Shown: in pieces, positions 37,631 to 39,625 of the stretch | Layout of the letters: each line of letters starts with the position of its first letter | How positions within the stretch are numbered: position 1 is the first letter of the stretch | IMG/VR virus record: IMGVR_UViG_2545824712_000011 | Reading direction: 5' to 3' (one strand) | DNA length: 39,625 bases | Origin: a virus | Lineage: Duplodnaviria; Heunggongvirae; Uroviricota; Caudoviricetes | Notes under the pieces: generated by a model | The model's input: the letters and a program-made list of their open reading frames with translations, nothing else | Told to the model about the DNA's origin: nothing | Databases searched by the model: none | Translations under genes and position numbers: made by a program

Positions 37631-38378
37631 GATGACAGGACTAGATGCGTTTTATAACGAGTCAGAAGATAAAATCTGGTTTGGTAATCTGATCAGCGAA
37701 CTGGCAAGACTAAACAATGAAAATGAAAGAATGATAGCTGCCGCTATCTTAAGTAACTACAGATTGAGCAAGACTAAACCAGATACTTTAGGGGGGCTGG
37801 GCTTTTATCAGTTCGATTGGGTATCTGGTTTTACGACAAATGAAGACTTTGAAAAGCAGTGTGTGGAGTTTTTAGGTCTTCTGGCTATGGGGCATGAATA
37901 CAGGGAGAGCCCGATACCGGGGGAAGAAGGGACTTTCAACGTTAGGAAAGGAGAAGACTTTTTATATCACGATGATGAGGATGATTGGTATGGGTCTTAC
38001 GATTCGTTTTATTTCAAGCGATCCGAGGTTGTGAACTTCTTCCCAGAACTGGATATGAATGTTCCAGATAACGAACCAGAAATTGGAGCACTGTCAAAAA
38101 AAGTAGAAAGAGAACAAAACTGGAGAGGAAAAGATACGGCTTTAAAGATGATCGCCGGAATGGCGATTGCCTTATTTGAATCAAGCAAAGATTTCCATAG
38201 TGGAGGAAACCTTAGTATCAATAGGGTTAGTGCCCAAGTAATAGAAAACAACATAATATTCGGGAACGATGAAGACAGCGATACCCACCCAGATACATTT
38301 CGGAGATTGCTAACGAACGCTTTGGATAAGTACGCCCCCAAATTTAAGAACAAAGCAACCAAAAAGCGTCCAAAATAA
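37623..38378 (+). CDS. Hypothetical 251-aa protein co-transcribed with int
   Basis: Start overlaps int stop (GTG 37623 or ATG 37632); acidic, no recognisable motif. Confidence 0.55.
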   Translation: MTKMTGLDAFYNESEDKIWFGNLISELARLNNENERMIAAAILSNYRLSKTKPDTLGGLGFYQFDWVSGFTTNEDFEKQCVEFLGLLAMGHEYRESPIPGEEGTFNVRKGEDFLYHDDEDDWYGSYDSFYFKRSEVVNFFPELDMNVPDNEPEIGALSKKVEREQNWRGKDTALKMIAGMAIALFESSKDFHSGGNLSINRVSAQVIENNIIFGNDEDSDTHPDTFRRLLTNALDKYAPKFKNKATKKRPK

Positions 38379-38534
38379 AGGAAGGATGTTCCCAAATTGT
38401 GCGTTAGAACTAAAAAATAACGCCCAATTTGGGGTAATTCTATTCCCAAAAATTTTTTCTCCAAATTCACAGAAAACTTAAAAAAACAATGATTTACTAT
38501 CTCACATAGTCAAGCAACGTATTACGAGGTAGAT

Positions 38535-38726
38535 ATGAAAAAGTCGCTGATTCGGCTATCTGAGGTTTTGAAACGCACTGGCTATAGCAAGGCGTGGGTA
38601 TATGCTCTGATGAGCCGAGGACAATTCCCCCAATCAGTCAAGATTGGTGCTCGCGCAATAGCTTTTATTGAAAGCGAGATCGATGACTGGATCGATCAAC
38701 GTATAGCCGAATCGCGTAGCAACTAA
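38535..38726 (+). CDS. alpA: AlpA-family transcriptional regulator
   Basis: LIRLSEVLKRTGYSKAWVYALMSRGQFPQSVKIGARAIAFIESEIDDWI typical AlpA HTH. Confidence 0.8.
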   Translation: MKKSLIRLSEVLKRTGYSKAWVYALMSRGQFPQSVKIGARAIAFIESEIDDWIDQRIAESRSN

Positions 38727-38774
38727 AGAACAGAAACAAACAGGATACAAACAATACGTTATTAGGTATTAAGA

Positions 38775-38966
38775 ATGCAGTTGAAACCTACCAATCAAAA
38801 GCTGAACGTAACCCATGTTGATTTTGAAACCTTCGCGGCACTGATTAGATCAGAGCCACAAAAGGTGAGCACCAGCACCAGGGTTTATGATGTGAAATCC
38901 ACCAGCGGTGGAAAAGCTATCGGCATTGCCTCTGGCGATGATTACTTAGTAATAGATCTGATTTAA
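38775..38966 (+). CDS. Hypothetical protein
   Basis: 63-aa ORF downstream of alpA. Confidence 0.4.
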   Translation: MQLKPTNQKLNVTHVDFETFAALIRSEPQKVSTSTRVYDVKSTSGGKAIGIASGDDYLVIDLI

Positions 38967-39047
38967 TCGCACAAAAATTGTAGAGTAATTTGGGGAGACA
39001 GGAAGTCTCCTCCGTATTGCATTTTGGTACAACAGTAAGGGAATAAA

Positions 39048-39242
39048 ATGATTAATTACCTGACCGCTAAAGACGCAGCAGAATATCTTGGCGTCTGTCT
39101 GTCACGCTTCTATCAGTTAAAGCGATATATCCGAAGCTTTCCTCCCTATATAAATCAGACCATCAATGGTCGCAAGCGCCGGGTGTGGCTTGCCTCCAGC
39201 CTTGATCAATTTGCCGACAGATTTCTGGGGGGACGAAAATGA
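39048..39242 (+). CDS. Small HTH DNA-binding protein (excisionase/MerR-like)
   Basis: LTAKDAAEYLGVCLSRFYQLKR HTH-like. Confidence 0.5.
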   Translation: MINYLTAKDAAEYLGVCLSRFYQLKRYIRSFPPYINQTINGRKRRVWLASSLDQFADRFLGGRK

Positions 39243-39625
39243 GCACTCTTACACGCTCTCAGGTCGCCGCGAATATACGCGATATCCTACTAAGTGGCAG
39301 GAAGCTTACCCCAAAAGAGTTTGACGACATATTAAGGAAAGCCGGAAATCACGAACGTAGTCGCGTTTTAACGCTGTTACGCAACGATTGGGGAATTCCT
39401 GTTGAGCAGTTTAAAACAGGGGCGTATCACGTCACAGAACGCAATTTAGAAGCATACCACAGCGATAAAGACGAAACATTGAAGATCTGGAGGACGAACG
39501 CCAGATATGTAAAGACATTGCGTAAGGTAAACATAACGTTGTCGTTGTTGCGTGGGCTGGTGGGTAAAGTGCCTGAAGACACGCTTAGAACTGTTTACAA
39601 GGGTATTGAAACCAAATACCTGTGA
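39239..39625 (+). CDS. Hypothetical protein
   Basis: 128-aa ORF overlapping upstream stop; ends at window edge with TGA. Confidence 0.5.
   Translation: MSTLTRSQVAANIRDILLSGRKLTPKEFDDILRKAGNHERSRVLTLLRNDWGIPVEQFKTGAYHVTERNLEAYHSDKDETLKIWRTNARYVKTLRKVNITLSLLRGLVGKVPEDTLRTVYKGIETKYL

Larger units (their letters stand above)
36165..39625 (+). mobile_element. Start of a second integrative element (P4/PICI-like): att core, int, orf251, alpA ...
   Basis: P4-family int transcribed away from a tRNA 3' end core, followed by alpA in the same orientation. Confidence 0.5.

Overview
Most of this window (about 403-36164) is one mosaic P22/Sf6-like lambdoid prophage of an enterobacterium, with IS2 at its left edge and a second integrase-led element at its right edge. 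Identifications rest on my reading of the translated ORFs and the DNA, from recall of known phage proteins; no database search was run. Left to right: an IS2 end (1-418, element continues past the window) cuts the 3' end of the tailspike gene; then the immI module (ant, arc on minus; mnt on plus); then an A+T-rich three-gene cassette translationally coupled to mnt, which I rank as the best candidate for an undescribed lysogen-expressed exclusion/defence module. The complete late operon follows on the minus strand (ejection proteins gp16/gp20/gp7, gp14, tail needle, gp10, gp4, coat, scaffold, portal, TerL, TerS, Rz/Rz1, SAR endolysin, pinholin), then Q, a lambda-type nin region carrying an orphan N6-adenine methyltransferase, and a DnaB-like helicase interrupted by a 343-aa intein with a LAGLIDADG endonuclease domain. 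Next come the O-like initiator with in-gene iterons, cII, nutR, P22-type cro and c2, OL/PL, nutL and N. Downstream of N is an A+T-rich single-gene moron, then cIII-like, a Rad52/Erf chimeric annealing protein, an SSB with a C-terminal extension, eight packed unknown genes and an AlpA-family excisionase. At the right end two fragments that together make the 3' end of a tRNA (T-arm and acceptor-CCA, arginine-tRNA-like as I recall it) flank xis, followed by a P4-family integrase, an unknown 251-aa gene and alpA, which I read as the start of a tandemly integrated P4/PICI-like element. No rRNA, intact tRNA gene or CRISPR array was found.
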